Below, piece after piece: positions 49,682-60,265 of a DNA stretch of 64,000 bases. The stretch's first letter is position 1, and the number at the start of each line of letters is the position of its first letter. The DNA comes from an uncultured Oceanospirillaceae bacterium. Its GTDB lineage: Bacteria > Pseudomonadota > Gammaproteobacteria > Pseudomonadales > Balneatricaceae. The notes beneath the pieces are model-generated. The model saw nothing but the letters and a program-made list of their open reading frames with translations, did no database searches and was not told where the DNA came from. The stretch is from NCBI GenBank assembly GCA_964022265.1, contig CAXHZX010000001.1:22244-86243 (forward strand). The letters are read 5' to 3'. Made by a program: the position numbers and the translations under genes.

Positions 49682-51088
49682 ATGTCTGCAAATACCATTA
49701 AAATGATCCAAGAGAGCGAAGCTCGTTGGGTTGACCTACGCTTTACTGATACCAAAGGCAAAGAGCAACACGTAACCATTCCAGCACGCGTTGTTGACGA
49801 AGACTTCTTCTCAGAAGGTCAGATGTTTGATGGCTCTTCAATCGCTGGCTGGAAAGGCATCAATGACTCTGACATGATCATCATGCCAGATGACAGCTCA
49901 GCTGTTTTAGACCCGTTCACTGAGCAAACCACTGTTATCGTTCGTTGTGACGTCATTGAACCATCAACGATGCAAGGCTACGAACGCGATCCTCGCTCTG
50001 TTGCTGCACGCGCAGAAGACTACTTGAAGTCAACCGGTATCGGTGACACTGCATTCTTTGGCCCGGAGCCGGAATTCTTCGTATTTGACGACGTAAAATG
50101 GAAAGCCGACATGCAAGGCGCTATGTACGAAATCAATTCTGAAGAAGCGGCTTGGGAATCAAGCGCTACTATCGAAGGCGGCAACATGGGTCATCGCCCA
50201 GGCGTGAAAGGTGGTTACTTCCCAGTACCTCCAGTCGATTCTTCTCATGACATGCGTGGCGCAATGTGTGACGCTATGGAAGCCATGGGTGTTGAAGTTG
50301 AAGTTCATCACCACGAAGTAGCAACGGCTAACCAAAATGAAATCGGCACCCGCTTTAACACGCTAGTGCGTAAAGCAGACGAAGTTCAAATTCTTAAGTA
50401 TTGCGTGCACAATGTTGCTCACGCATACGGAAAAACAGCCACTTTCATGCCTAAGCCAATCGTTGGTGATAACGGTTCAGGTATGCACGTGCATCAGTCT
50501 ATCGCTAAAGATGGTGTTAACCTATTTGCTGGTGACGGCTACGGTGGCCTTTCAGAAACTGCTTTGTTCTACATTGGCGGTATCATCAAGCACGCTAAAG
50601 CGCTTAACGCTTTCACTAACGCCTCTACTAACGCATACAAGCGTTTGGTTCCAGGCTTTGAAGCTCCTGTAATGCTTGCTTACTCAGCGCGTAACCGTTC
50701 TGCTTCTATCCGTATTCCATACGTAGGCAACCCACGCGGTCGCCGTGTAGAAGTGCGTTTCCCTGATCCAACAGCCAACCCATACTTGTGTTTCTCTGCA
50801 CTACTTATGGCTGGCCTTGACGGCATTCAGAACAAGATCCACCCTGGCGATGCTGCGGACAAGGATTTGTATGACCTACCGGCTGAAGAAGCGAATGCAA
50901 TCCCAACAGTTGCTGGCAGCCTAGAAGAAGCATTAGCTAGCCTAGATGCAGATCGTGAGTTCCTAACTCGTGGCGGTGTATTCACTGACGCAATGATCGA
51001 TGCATACATCGACCTTAAAAACGGCGAAGTTGAAGCAGTTAATAGCGTAACTCACCCTGTTGAGTTCGACCTATACTACTCTTGCTAA
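49682..51088 (+). CDS. glnA: glutamine synthetase type I
   Basis: 468 aa; GS-I beta-grasp and catalytic motifs; adenylylation-site context [10 protein letters not shown]. Confidence 0.96.
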   Translation: MSANTIKMIQESEARWVDLRFTDTKGKEQHVTIPARVVDEDFFSEGQMFDGSSIAGWKGINDSDMIIMPDDSSAVLDPFTEQTTVIVRCDVIEPSTMQGYERDPRSVAARAEDYLKSTGIGDTAFFGPEPEFFVFDDVKWKADMQGAMYEINSEEAAWESSATIEGGNMGHRPGVKGGYFPVPPVDSSHDMRGAMCDAMEAMGVEVEVHHHEVATANQNEIGTRFNTLVRKADEVQILKYCVHNVAHAYGKTATFMPKPIVGDNGSGMHVHQSIAKDGVNLFAGDGYGGLSETALFYIGGIIKHAKALNAFTNASTNAYKRLVPGFEAPVMLAYSARNRSASIRIPYVGNPRGRRVEVRFPDPTANPYLCFSALLMAGLDGIQNKIHPGDAADKDLYDLPAEEANAIPTVAGSLEEALASLDADREFLTRGGVFTDAMIDAYIDLKNGEVEAVNSVTHPVEFDLYYSC

Positions 51089-51099
51089 GCTTGTAGTCT

Positions 51100-51122
51100 A
51101 AGCCCTCTTCGGAGGGCTTTTT
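51100..51122 (+). terminator. glnA intrinsic terminator
   Basis: aagccctc-ttcg-gagggctt (UUCG tetraloop) followed by a T5 run. Confidence 0.75.
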
Positions 51123-51134
51123 AAGCCCTCATGA

Positions 51135-51151
51135 TGCCCCAATTTGGTGCA
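51135..51151. promoter_or_regulatory. NtrC-type binding site upstream of glnL
   Basis: TGCCCC-AATTT-GGTGCA compared with the consensus TGCACC-N5-GGTGCA (one mismatch). Its position is analogous to the NtrC operator at E. coli glnLp. Confidence 0.5.
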
Positions 51152-51184
51152 TTATTAATGACAACGATGGATTAAAGGAGTGTT

Positions 51185-52255
51185 ATGGCTAATCCAGTGC
51201 AGGCCAGCCCCGAGCTTTCTAGCTTGATTAATCATTTGACTACTGCCATCGTTCTTATCAATGGTCAGATGGAGATTGTGGCACTTAATGTAGCCGCAGA
51301 GAATTTGTTCCGTGTAAGCCATTCCCAAATGCAGCTTGAGCCTATTGAGCACTTGATCTTGCTGGATCCAGTATTAAAAGAAAAGCTGCTGCACAGTGCC
51401 AGTCACCAGGCTTCATTTACCAGTAGAGACACCCTGCTTTTACAAAGCAATGGCCAAGAACTAATCGTCGATTTAAGTGTGACCTCAGTTGATGAACAAG
51501 GCAGTTTAGCCCTAGAAATTCAGCCTTTAGAGCGCCTTAAAAGACTGACCCAAGAAGCTAGGCTTACAACTCAACAAGAAGCCTCAACCAACTTAGTAAG
51601 AAACCTTGCCCACGAAATAAAAAACCCCTTGGGTGGTATTCGCGGCGCAGCTCAGCTTTTACAACGCGAACTTGATTCACCGCTACATGAGTTCACGGAC
51701 ATCATTATTTCTGAAGCAGATCGTCTAAGAGATTTAGTAGATCGCCTTGTTGGCCCTCAGCAAAAAACCCAAAGGCAACCAGGTAACATACACCAAGTGT
51801 TGGACAAAATTAATCAGCTTTTAAGGGCTGAAGCTGGCGATAAAGTCACCCTTGTAAGGGATTATGACCCAAGCTTGCCAGAACTTTTAATTGACGCCAA
51901 CCAAATGACCCAAGTGATACTCAACATTGGGCGTAACGCCCTGCAAGCCATCACCGAACACACGGTCACTGATGGCACAATTCGCTTTAAAACAAGAGTT
52001 GTAAGGCGATTTACCATCGGCAACACCAGCCACCGCCTAGTGTGTTGCATTAGCATTATCGACAACGGCCCTGGAATAGATCCAGAACTGATCGAAGATA
52101 TCTTTTTTCCACTAGTGACACACCGAGCCAACGGTTCAGGCTTGGGTTTAAGTATTGCCCAAAGCCTCATTAAACAGCACGAAGGTTTGATCGCCTGCGA
52201 AAGTCAAAAAGGTCAAACCTGTTTCAATATTTATCTACCCATGGAGACATTTTAA
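51185..52255 (+). CDS. glnL: nitrogen regulation sensor histidine kinase NtrB
   Basis: PAS-like N-terminus, H-box LAHEIKNPLGGIRGAAQLL, G-boxes DNGPGI / GSGLGLSI. AGGAG upstream. Confidence 0.93.
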   Translation: MANPVQASPELSSLINHLTTAIVLINGQMEIVALNVAAENLFRVSHSQMQLEPIEHLILLDPVLKEKLLHSASHQASFTSRDTLLLQSNGQELIVDLSVTSVDEQGSLALEIQPLERLKRLTQEARLTTQQEASTNLVRNLAHEIKNPLGGIRGAAQLLQRELDSPLHEFTDIIISEADRLRDLVDRLVGPQQKTQRQPGNIHQVLDKINQLLRAEAGDKVTLVRDYDPSLPELLIDANQMTQVILNIGRNALQAITEHTVTDGTIRFKTRVVRRFTIGNTSHRLVCCISIIDNGPGIDPELIEDIFFPLVTHRANGSGLGLSIAQSLIKQHEGLIACESQKGQTCFNIYLPMETF

Positions 52256-53646
52256 TGAGCCAAGATATATGGATAGTCGACGATGATAATGCCATTCGTT
52301 GGGTACTAGAACGCGCCCTGAAACAAGCCAACATCACTTCAAGAAGCTTTGAGGATGGGCAACAGCTGCTTGAAGCACTTGATTCAAACACGCCCAAGCT
52401 AATCATCAGCGACATACGCATGCCTGGCATGGATGGGTTAGCGGTACTGCAACAACTTCAACAAACAGTTTCCCATGTGCCGGTCATTATTATGACCGCC
52501 CACTCAGATTTGGACACCACTGTGGCCTCCTATCAAGGCGGGGCTTTTGATTACTTACCTAAACCCTTTGACATTGATGAAGCTGTGGCGCTTGCTCAAC
52601 GCGGCCTATTACACGCGCAACAAAAACTTGGCCCTGCTCACCTAAAGCCTTCGCCAACCAATACACAAATCATTGGTGAAGCACCTGCAATGCAAGAAGT
52701 GTTTCGCGCCATTGGCCGTTTATCCCAATCCAATATGACGGTGATGATCAACGGCGCATCAGGTACCGGTAAAGAACTCATAGCCCAAGCCTTGCATCAA
52801 CATAGCCCAAGGGCTGATAAACCATTTATCCCCTTGAACATGGCCGCTATCCAGAAAGACTTAATTGAATCTGAGTTATTTGGCCACGAAAAGGGCGCCT
52901 TCACAGGCGCCGTCAGTCAGCGTAAAGGTCACTTCGAGCAAGCCCATGGCGGCACACTCATGCTAGATGAAATCGGTGATATGCCCGCCGAAGCTCAAAC
53001 TAGGCTTTTACGAGTACTTGCTGATGGTGAATTCTATCGCGTAGGTGGACACAACTTAGTTAAAGTAGATGTGCGCATTATCGCTGCAACTCATCAAGAT
53101 TTAACCAAGCGCGTTGAACAAGGTTTATTCAGGGAAGATTTGTACCACAGACTTAATGTGATCCGCATTCCACTTCCTAATCTAAACCAACGAAGAGAAG
53201 ATATTCCAGCTTTAGCGCAGCACTTTTTAGTGACCAGCGCCAAAGAGCTAGGTGTGGACACCAAGCAACTTTCAAAAGAGGCCGCAGATCATCTACAAGG
53301 TTTAGAATGGCCAGGTAATGTGCGTCAGTTAGAAAATGTGTGCCGCTGGTTAAGCGTAATGGGAAGTGGCAATGAAATCTTAGTCAGTGATTTGCCACCA
53401 GAACTGCATGACCAAACCGACAAGCCTCAAGTCGCCCAGAGCTGGCAAGACAGCCTTAGCAAATGGACCAAAAAAGAACTTCTGCTTAGCCAAAAGCCAC
53501 TACTGAATACGGCATTACCCGCATTTGAAACGGTCATGATTCAGGCCGTATTACAACATACGGGTGGGCGCAAAAGAGAAGCGGCCGAACTTTTGGGTTG
53601 GGGCAGAAACACGCTCACTAGAAAAATTAATGAGTTGGGCTTGTAA
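52255..53646 (+). CDS. glnG: nitrogen regulation response regulator NtrC (sigma-54 activator)
   Basis: Receiver domain ([11 protein letters not shown]), AAA+ domain ([14 protein letters not shown] loop as EKGAFTGA), and a C-terminal Fis-type HTH. The ATG overlaps the glnL stop. Confidence 0.95.
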   Translation: MSQDIWIVDDDNAIRWVLERALKQANITSRSFEDGQQLLEALDSNTPKLIISDIRMPGMDGLAVLQQLQQTVSHVPVIIMTAHSDLDTTVASYQGGAFDYLPKPFDIDEAVALAQRGLLHAQQKLGPAHLKPSPTNTQIIGEAPAMQEVFRAIGRLSQSNMTVMINGASGTGKELIAQALHQHSPRADKPFIPLNMAAIQKDLIESELFGHEKGAFTGAVSQRKGHFEQAHGGTLMLDEIGDMPAEAQTRLLRVLADGEFYRVGGHNLVKVDVRIIAATHQDLTKRVEQGLFREDLYHRLNVIRIPLPNLNQRREDIPALAQHFLVTSAKELGVDTKQLSKEAADHLQGLEWPGNVRQLENVCRWLSVMGSGNEILVSDLPPELHDQTDKPQVAQSWQDSLSKWTKKELLLSQKPLLNTALPAFETVMIQAVLQHTGGRKREAAELLGWGRNTLTRKINELGL

Positions 53647-53674
53647 GCCTAAAACATATAGAGACCATACCCAG

Positions 53675-54133
53675 ATGTTGCACGTAGTACTGTTTGAACC
53701 CGAAATCCCACCCAATACAGGCAATATTATCCGCCTGTGTGCAAATACAGGCTTTCAGTTACATCTGATAGAACCGCTTGGATTTAAATTAGAAGATAAG
53801 GCACTTAGAAGGGCAGGCTTAGATTATCACGAATGGGCAAGCATGCTAGTGCACAAAAACTACGACGAATTTCTAACAACTGTAGCTCCCAAAAGAGTGC
53901 ACGCCATGACTACAAAGGGCAGTGATTGCTTCAGCAAAGCGACATTTCAAAAGGATGATGTATTGCTGTTTGGCCCAGAAAGCCGTGGTTTGCCCGAAGA
54001 GATACGCGCAAGATGTGATTCAAGAATTAGGCTGCCAATGGCACAGGCAAGCCGCAGCTTAAACCTATCCAATTGTGCAGCCATCACCGTGTATGAAGCG
54101 TGGCGCCAACTTAACTATGAAGGCGCCAGCTAA
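53675..54133 (+). CDS. trmL: tRNA (cytidine/uridine-2'-O-)-methyltransferase TrmL
   Basis: [39 protein letters not shown] (SPOUT). The ORF-track start at 53564 would overlap glnG by 83 nt. Confidence 0.9.
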   Translation: MLHVVLFEPEIPPNTGNIIRLCANTGFQLHLIEPLGFKLEDKALRRAGLDYHEWASMLVHKNYDEFLTTVAPKRVHAMTTKGSDCFSKATFQKDDVLLFGPESRGLPEEIRARCDSRIRLPMAQASRSLNLSNCAAITVYEAWRQLNYEGAS

Positions 54134-54139
54134 ACCTAC

Positions 54140-54652
54140 TTAGTGAGTTTGCTCTGGTGCTGACTCTGCCTTTTCTGCTTCAGCCAACTGAGCTGCTTTT
54201 TGTGCCATGTTTTGAGCGTAAAGAGCATCAAAGTTAACAGGTGCAAGCATTAACGCTGGGAAGCTGCCACGTTGCACGAGGCTATCAATGGCTTCACGTG
54301 CATACGGGAATAAAATGTTAGGACAAAATGCACCAAGCACTTGACCCATAGATTCTGTTGGTACGTTAGCAATGTGGAACAAGCCAGCTTGGTGAACTTC
54401 AGTTAAGTAAACTGTTTTATCCGCGGCTTTTGCAGTGATCGTAATACGCAACACAACTTCAAAAGTCGTTTCGTTTAACTGCCTCGCTTGGCTGTTTAAA
54501 TCTACGCTTACTTCTGGCTTCCATTCCGCAGTAAAAGACTCGGGCGCATTAGGTGATTCGAAAGACATGTCTTTCAAGTACACACGCTGAATCATAATTT
54601 GCGGCTGACCGTTATTTTCTGGTGCCGCAGCGCCCTTTTTTTCTTCGCTCAT
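54140..54652 (-). CDS. secB: protein-export chaperone SecB
   Basis: IQRVYLKDMSFESPNAP, CPNILFPYAREAI, APVNFDALY. ATG 54652 (AGGA upstream) is preferred over the TTG at 54658. Confidence 0.94.
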   Translation of the reverse strand: MSEEKKGAAAPENNGQPQIMIQRVYLKDMSFESPNAPESFTAEWKPEVSVDLNSQARQLNETTFEVVLRITITAKAADKTVYLTEVHQAGLFHIANVPTESMGQVLGAFCPNILFPYAREAIDSLVQRGSFPALMLAPVNFDALYAQNMAQKAAQLAEAEKAESAPEQTH

Positions 54653-54696
54653 TCTCAATTTTCCTTTGAAAAATTTATTGGCCGATCGTCTGCTTG

Positions 54697-54960
54697 CTAT
54701 GAAGCCAACATCGGGTCTAGTTTTTGCTGTCGTTCCAACAAGTATAGTTCATCACAACCGCCAATCGCTTGCCCGTTAATGATAATTTGCGGAACTGTTC
54801 TTCCGCCGGTCACTTGCATCATTTGTTGACGCAGATCGTTGCGCTGATCAACGCATATTTCTTGGTAACTAACCCCTTTGCTTTCAAGCAAACGTTTAGC
54901 CCTAAAACAAAACCCACACAGGTTGGAGCTGTACATGGTGACTTTTGAAGTTGCAGTCAT
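54697..54960 (-). CDS. grxC: glutaredoxin 3
   Basis: 87 aa; active site CGFC; TVPQIIINGQAIGGCDEL. Confidence 0.92.
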   Translation of the reverse strand: MTATSKVTMYSSNLCGFCFRAKRLLESKGVSYQEICVDQRNDLRQQMMQVTGGRTVPQIIINGQAIGGCDELYLLERQQKLDPMLAS

Positions 54961-55002
54961 TGTGGCTTACCTTTTGTTAGTAACGATGGGCGCTGATCAC
55001 AG

Positions 55003-55440
55003 CTATTTACGTACCAGCGGCAAGCCTTGGCCTGTCCATTCAGCCATGCCGCCTGTCATACGCGAAACATTAGTAAATTCTGCTTTTTTAAGCTGATTAG
55101 CTGCGCCAGAAGAGGTTTGCCCTGTCTTGCATATAATAACTATGGGTTTGGTTTTAAATTTTTCAAGCTCAGACATGCGCTTTGTTAAGTCGGCAAAGGG
55201 AATATTCTTTGAGCCAATCACCCGGCCTGCATTAAAATCTGCAGTAGGTCGAATATCAAGTAGCAGCGCTTGTTCAGTGTTCGCTAGCACCGTAGCTTGC
55301 TGAGGCGACACAGATGGAGCGGCTTTGCGTTTCTCAGTAATAAACAACACGGTTAAGGTAAGCAACAAAGCAAGCACCATTTCCCAGTGATTAATTGCAA
55401 ATTCGATGTAACGTTCCATAAGTTTTATTATTCCAAACAA
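55003..55440 (-). CDS. yibN: membrane-anchored rhodanese-domain protein (YibN type)
   Basis: N-terminal TM, then a rhodanese fold with the active-site loop ICKTGQTS. The yibN-grxC-secB order matches E. coli. Confidence 0.85.
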   Translation of the reverse strand: MFGIIKLMERYIEFAINHWEMVLALLLTLTVLFITEKRKAAPSVSPQQATVLANTEQALLLDIRPTADFNAGRVIGSKNIPFADLTKRMSELEKFKTKPIVIICKTGQTSSGAANQLKKAEFTNVSRMTGGMAEWTGQGLPLVRK

Positions 55441-55559
55441 TTTTATAAATTCTGGGCCGCCAAATTGACGACAAGTTGCGCCGCATTATACGCCATAGCA
55501 TGGATAAATTGGGGGTAGACTGATAAAATATCAAGTCAAATTTGCCAATAAAAGTTGCC

Positions 55560-57104
55560 ATGACCACTTCTAGCCCAAAAGCCCTTATTATTCTTGATGG
55601 CTGGGGACAATCTGAGTCCTCCGCCTCGAACGCTATTAAAGCTGCTAATACCCCAACCTGGGATAGCATGCTGCAAAATTACAACCACACCCTGGTTGGA
55701 ACATCAGGCAGTGATGTAGGTTTACCCGATGGGCAAATGGGCAACTCTGAAGTGGGCCACATGAACATTGGCGCAGGGCGTGTGGTTTATCAAAATTACA
55801 CCAGAATCGGCAAAGCCATTGAAGAGGGTGAGTTCAATACCAACACGGTTCTTGTTTCTGCAATTGATAAAGCCGTGGCCAATAATGGCACTGTGCATAT
55901 TTGCGGTTTGCTCTCTGATGGTGGTGTTCACAGCCACCAAGACCATTTATTTGCGACCTGCGCACTAGCCCATGAAAGAGGTGCTAAAGCCATTGTAGTT
56001 CACGCATGGTTGGATGGCAGAGATACCGCGCCAAGCTCAGCGAAAATATTTATTGAAGCGCTTCTAGCTGTGCTAGAGCCTATTGGCGGGCGCATTGGAA
56101 GCCTCTGCGGGCGCTACTATGCGATGGACAGAGACCAGCGTTGGGAGCGAGTGGAAACTGCCTATCAAGCCATGCGCTACGGCAAAGCCGAGCACGAGGC
56201 TTTATCGCCACTGAGTGCGCTGCAAGACGCCTACGATAGCGGCTGCACCGACGAGTTTGTTCCCGCTACAGTGATTGTTGATGAAGTAGGCCAAGCGGCT
56301 ACCATAGAAGATGGTGACACCGTTATTTGTGTAAACTTCAGACCCGATAGAAGCCGTGAAATAGTTCAAGCTTTTGTCAGCGAAGAGTTTGACCACTTTG
56401 ATCGTGGCCAGACTTTGGATTTGGCTGAGTTTGTGATGATGACAGAATACAGCGCCGACATTGATACCGCGTGTGCCTATCCACCAAGTGTTGTGACCAA
56501 TGACCTTGGCGAAGTAATGGCAAACCAAGGCAAAACCCAACTACGTATTGCTGAAACTGAAAAGTATGCTCACGTCACTTTCTTCTTTAGTGGTGGCCAG
56601 GAGAGCCTATACCCGGGTGAGAGCCGGGAGTTAATCCCCTCGCCAAACGTTGCCACCTACGACCTTCAGCCTCAAATGAGTGCACCAGAGCTTACTGACA
56701 AACTGGTTGCTGCTATTTTAAGTGGTAAGCATGACCTTATCGTATGCAACTTTGCTAACGCAGATATGGTGGGTCATACCGGCAAATTTGATGCTGCTGT
56801 CAAAGCAGTAGAAGCTGTGGATGCATGTTTAAAGCGTGTCATTGACGCCCTGGCCCAAGTGGATGGCGAAGCTCTGATCACTGCAGACCATGGCAACGTG
56901 GAGTTAATGGTAAACCCAACTACAGGCCAACCCCACACAGCGCACACGCTGTATGAAGTACCTTTGGTCTATGTGACCAATAGAGTCCAAGATATTAAAT
57001 TATCTTCTGGAGTGTTAGCAGACCTTGCGCCGACCATTTTGCATTTAATGGAGATTGAGCAGCCTGCTGAAATGACTGGAAGAAATTTGGTGGAATTCGG
57101 CTAA
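55560..57104 (+). CDS. gpmI: 2,3-bisphosphoglycerate-independent phosphoglycerate mutase
   Basis: LIILDGWG, GNSEVGHMNIGAGR (catalytic Ser), ADHGN. ATG 55560 is preferred over the TTG at 55542. Confidence 0.95.
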   Translation: MTTSSPKALIILDGWGQSESSASNAIKAANTPTWDSMLQNYNHTLVGTSGSDVGLPDGQMGNSEVGHMNIGAGRVVYQNYTRIGKAIEEGEFNTNTVLVSAIDKAVANNGTVHICGLLSDGGVHSHQDHLFATCALAHERGAKAIVVHAWLDGRDTAPSSAKIFIEALLAVLEPIGGRIGSLCGRYYAMDRDQRWERVETAYQAMRYGKAEHEALSPLSALQDAYDSGCTDEFVPATVIVDEVGQAATIEDGDTVICVNFRPDRSREIVQAFVSEEFDHFDRGQTLDLAEFVMMTEYSADIDTACAYPPSVVTNDLGEVMANQGKTQLRIAETEKYAHVTFFFSGGQESLYPGESRELIPSPNVATYDLQPQMSAPELTDKLVAAILSGKHDLIVCNFANADMVGHTGKFDAAVKAVEAVDACLKRVIDALAQVDGEALITADHGNVELMVNPTTGQPHTAHTLYEVPLVYVTNRVQDIKLSSGVLADLAPTILHLMEIEQPAEMTGRNLVEFG

Positions 57105-57105
57105 A

Positions 57106-58242
57106 TTGCGCCTATTAGTTGGTTTCTTTGTTGGGCTTCTCCTACTAAACAGCCAAGTCTCATACGGTGAGACTCAGCAGCAAGTAGAAGCCCGAATGCA
57201 GCAGTTACAAAGCGATATTGGCAGTTTACAAGCTTGGCTTGATGAAGCTCAAAGCAAAGCCTCAAATATACAGCAGCAATTACGCAAAAATAACCAAGCC
57301 ATTAGCACCCTCAGTAAAGCCATCAAAGAAAACCAAGACAATGCCGCCCAGGCGCAAGATTTACTGGCCAAACTGCAACTTCAATCCAGCCGTTTTCAAG
57401 ATGTACTCGCAGAACAAGAACAACAGCTTGGTGCACAGCTACGAAGGCAGTACCAGCAGGGCCAAAATTTTACCAGCCAGGTATTGCTCAGCTTAGACGA
57501 TCCTCGCGCCGTAGCTCGCAACATGGCCTATTATCAATATCTAAATCAAGACAGCGCCGAGCAAATGGCAAGCTATCGTCAGACCCTGGACGCTCTTATT
57601 TTAGTTCAGCAAGAGCAAGCCGATATTGCTCTAGAACTTAAGCTTGCAAAGCAACAACTGCTCGCTCAAACTGAGGACTTGCAGCGCGCAAAAACACAGC
57701 TTGCCCAAAACCTTAAAGAACTCAACCTTAAAAAAGGCACTCAGTCTGAGCGCTTGGCCACCGCCAAAGCTGACCAAAAACAAGCGCAAGACTTGTTAGA
57801 GCAAATTCAAATCGCCATCTCCAAAGCCAACATTCAACGAGAAGGCATGCTCATCACTGAAGCCAAAGGCAGCCTCGACTGGCCCCTGCGCGGCAAAGTA
57901 CTGAACAAATTTGGCGTTGCTCAAAGCAACTTTCCACTAAGCCAACAAGGTTGGCTCATTGCAGCCCCTGAAGGCTCGGATGTGGTTGCCGTTTTCGATG
58001 GCCAAGTGGTATTTTCAGATTGGTTAAAGGGTTATGGATTGGTTATTATCATCGATCATGGGGACGGATTTTTAAGTCTTTATGGCCAAAACCAAGCCCT
58101 ATTCCTTTCTACTGGTGATAAGGTAAGTGCGCAGCAGCTTATCGCAAGTAGTGGCAGATCAGGTGGCAACTCAATGGCAGCATTATATTTTTCCTTACGC
58201 CAAAATGGCACACCATTAAACCCAAAAAACTGGTTGGAATAA
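57106..58242 (+). CDS. envC: murein hydrolase activator EnvC-like (coiled coil plus degenerate LytM/M23 domain)
   Basis: Signal peptide and a long Q/L-rich coiled coil. The C-terminal LytM fold has IIIDHGDGFLSLYGQN, so the second catalytic His motif is not conserved. TTG start 1 nt after the gpmI stop. Confidence 0.85.
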   Translation: MRLLVGFFVGLLLLNSQVSYGETQQQVEARMQQLQSDIGSLQAWLDEAQSKASNIQQQLRKNNQAISTLSKAIKENQDNAAQAQDLLAKLQLQSSRFQDVLAEQEQQLGAQLRRQYQQGQNFTSQVLLSLDDPRAVARNMAYYQYLNQDSAEQMASYRQTLDALILVQQEQADIALELKLAKQQLLAQTEDLQRAKTQLAQNLKELNLKKGTQSERLATAKADQKQAQDLLEQIQIAISKANIQREGMLITEAKGSLDWPLRGKVLNKFGVAQSNFPLSQQGWLIAAPEGSDVVAVFDGQVVFSDWLKGYGLVIIIDHGDGFLSLYGQNQALFLSTGDKVSAQQLIASSGRSGGNSMAALYFSLRQNGTPLNPKNWLE

Positions 58243-58251
58243 AACAACACC

Positions 58252-59454
58252 ATGCCAAATCACTCCAGTATGCAACCATTGAGCACAAGCCTTAAATTAA
58301 CTTTAAAGGCTTTTTTGGTGATGTTGCTGCTAGGTATCGGACCCCAGGCAAGCGCGGATGAACCTCTTGATAGTAAAGATGTTAATAATGTCACTGAGCA
58401 AGCCCTGCCGATAGAGGCATTGCAATCTTTCGTCGCTGTTTATGAGCGCATCCGCCTTAATCATGTTGACGCTAAAACAGATGAACAACTTATCCAACTT
58501 GCTCTGGAAGGCATGATATTAAAGCTAGATCGCTTCTCAAGCTATTTAGATGTGAAGGATATGGCAAGGCTAGAAGAAGATACCAAAGGAGAATATTCAG
58601 GCATTGGGGTTGAATTAGTACCCGAAGGTAACTACATCCGCGTGATCACCCCCATCGATGACAGCCCAGCATTTAAAGCGGGCATTAAAGCAGGCGATTG
58701 GATCACCCACGTCGATTCTAAAAGCATTAAGGGTTTAGATTTACAAAGCATTAGCCAATTAATGGCGGGCACCGTTGGCACTCAAGTGGTAGTTTCCATG
58801 CTTCGCGATGGGCAGCAATTTGAGCTTACCTTAACCCGCGAGATTATTAATGCACAAAGTGTGCGTAGCAAGCTTATGCCTAACGATGTAGGTTATTTAA
58901 GAGTAAGCCAATTCCAAGACCAAACGGGGCAAGACCTTGTTGATCAGATGCTAGCATTAACAAAAGCAGGCGCCAAAAGCTGGGTTTTAGACTTAAGAAA
59001 CAATCCAGGCGGCACTTTATCTGCAGCAGCTAAAGTGGCCGATGCGTTTTTGACCAAAGGCCTTATTGTGACGACTAAAGCTCGCCAAGCCGATGATAAT
59101 TTAGCCTTTAATGCCACCTCAAATGACCCCAGCCAAAAGCAGCCATTGGCAGTGCTCATTAATAACGGCAGTGCTTCAGCCTCTGAAATTGTAGCGGGCG
59201 CCATGAAAGATCAGAAGCGCGCAACAATTTTGGGCACTACAAGCTTTGGCAAAGGTTCTGTGCAATCAGTAATCACCTTACCAAACGGTGATGGAGTAAA
59301 ACTAACGACGGCCTATTACTTTACTCCAAATGGGCATAACATCCACCAACAAGGGATTGAACCTGATATTAGGCTAGAGGATAGCAACGCAGACGAAGAC
59401 CTTGTATTAGCGGCTGCGCTTAAGCACCTAAACACCAAAGGCACCCACCAATAA
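58252..59454 (+). CDS. ctpA: carboxy-terminal processing (S41) peptidase
   Basis: PDZ segment (GIGVEL...SPAFKAGIKAGD), a catalytic Ser context GSASASEI, and TFGKGSVQ. Confidence 0.9.
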   Translation: MPNHSSMQPLSTSLKLTLKAFLVMLLLGIGPQASADEPLDSKDVNNVTEQALPIEALQSFVAVYERIRLNHVDAKTDEQLIQLALEGMILKLDRFSSYLDVKDMARLEEDTKGEYSGIGVELVPEGNYIRVITPIDDSPAFKAGIKAGDWITHVDSKSIKGLDLQSISQLMAGTVGTQVVVSMLRDGQQFELTLTREIINAQSVRSKLMPNDVGYLRVSQFQDQTGQDLVDQMLALTKAGAKSWVLDLRNNPGGTLSAAAKVADAFLTKGLIVTTKARQADDNLAFNATSNDPSQKQPLAVLINNGSASASEIVAGAMKDQKRATILGTTSFGKGSVQSVITLPNGDGVKLTTAYYFTPNGHNIHQQGIEPDIRLEDSNADEDLVLAAALKHLNTKGTHQ

Positions 59455-59455
59455 C

Positions 59456-60265
59456 ATGAGTACTTGGCTCCCTATGCTCGCTTCCTTTCACGCATTCATA
59501 ACTTGGCAGCTGCCGCGTATCGCCTGTTATTGGCTTATTTCATTGATGTGGCTACCTGGCATTGTGAAAGCTGATGTGGTGCAGCCTTCGATGGTGATTA
59601 TTATCGATGATTTAGGTTATAACCTGGCCAATGGCCTGGGTATCATTAATTTACCAGGACCCATTACCTTGGCCGTGATGCCACACACCCCATTTGGCGA
59701 AGCACTAGCGCGAAGGGGTGCAGCACTTGATAAAGAAATAATGTTGCATGCGCCCATGCAAAACCATTCAGATAAAAAACTAGGCCCTGGTGGACTGACT
59801 GCCAACATGAGTGAGGGCCATTTTAAATCTATTTTAAGAGAAGCCGTGGCAAGCGTGCCATTTGCTGAAGGTATAAACAACCACATGGGCAGCGCATTAA
59901 CCGAAAAACCGGTGCCCATGAAGTGGACTATGGATGTAGCCAACGAGCTTGGGTTGTTTTTTGTTGATAGCCGCACAAGTGCAAAAAGCATAGCCTGGCA
60001 GCAAGCAAAAAGGAGCAATACGCCCAGCCTTAGACGCGATGTATTTTTAGATAATGAAGTAACCGATGAAGCTTTAGAAAGGCAATTTCAACAGGCCATG
60101 CAAGTGGCTTTAAAACATGAATATGCAGTGCTCATTGGCCATCCGTATCCAGAAACCATCGATTTTTTAGAGCGCTCATTAAGCAAGTTGGATGAAGCAG
60201 GTATTAAACTTGTATCTGCTTCGGCATTAATCTGGCAGCTACAGCCGCATCTCAATGCCCTTTGA
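59456..60265 (+). CDS. yibQ: divergent polysaccharide deacetylase family protein (YibQ type)
   Basis: [14 protein letters not shown] and NNHMGS motifs. Its position after envC/ctpA matches the gpmI-envC-yibQ cluster. Confidence 0.85.
   Translation: MSTWLPMLASFHAFITWQLPRIACYWLISLMWLPGIVKADVVQPSMVIIIDDLGYNLANGLGIINLPGPITLAVMPHTPFGEALARRGAALDKEIMLHAPMQNHSDKKLGPGGLTANMSEGHFKSILREAVASVPFAEGINNHMGSALTEKPVPMKWTMDVANELGLFFVDSRTSAKSIAWQQAKRSNTPSLRRDVFLDNEVTDEALERQFQQAMQVALKHEYAVLIGHPYPETIDFLERSLSKLDEAGIKLVSASALIWQLQPHLNAL

Noticed and set aside
49416-49779. Two minus-strand ORFs (64 and 68 aa) in the typA-glnA intergenic region
   Set aside because: They lie across the exact sigma-54 promoter and the glnA start codon, and have no SD and an odd composition.
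53564-53674. Upstream extension of trmL overlapping glnG by 83 nt
   Set aside because: The conserved TrmL N-terminus ([17 protein letters not shown]) starts at 53675. The extension is read out of frame through the glnG HTH region.
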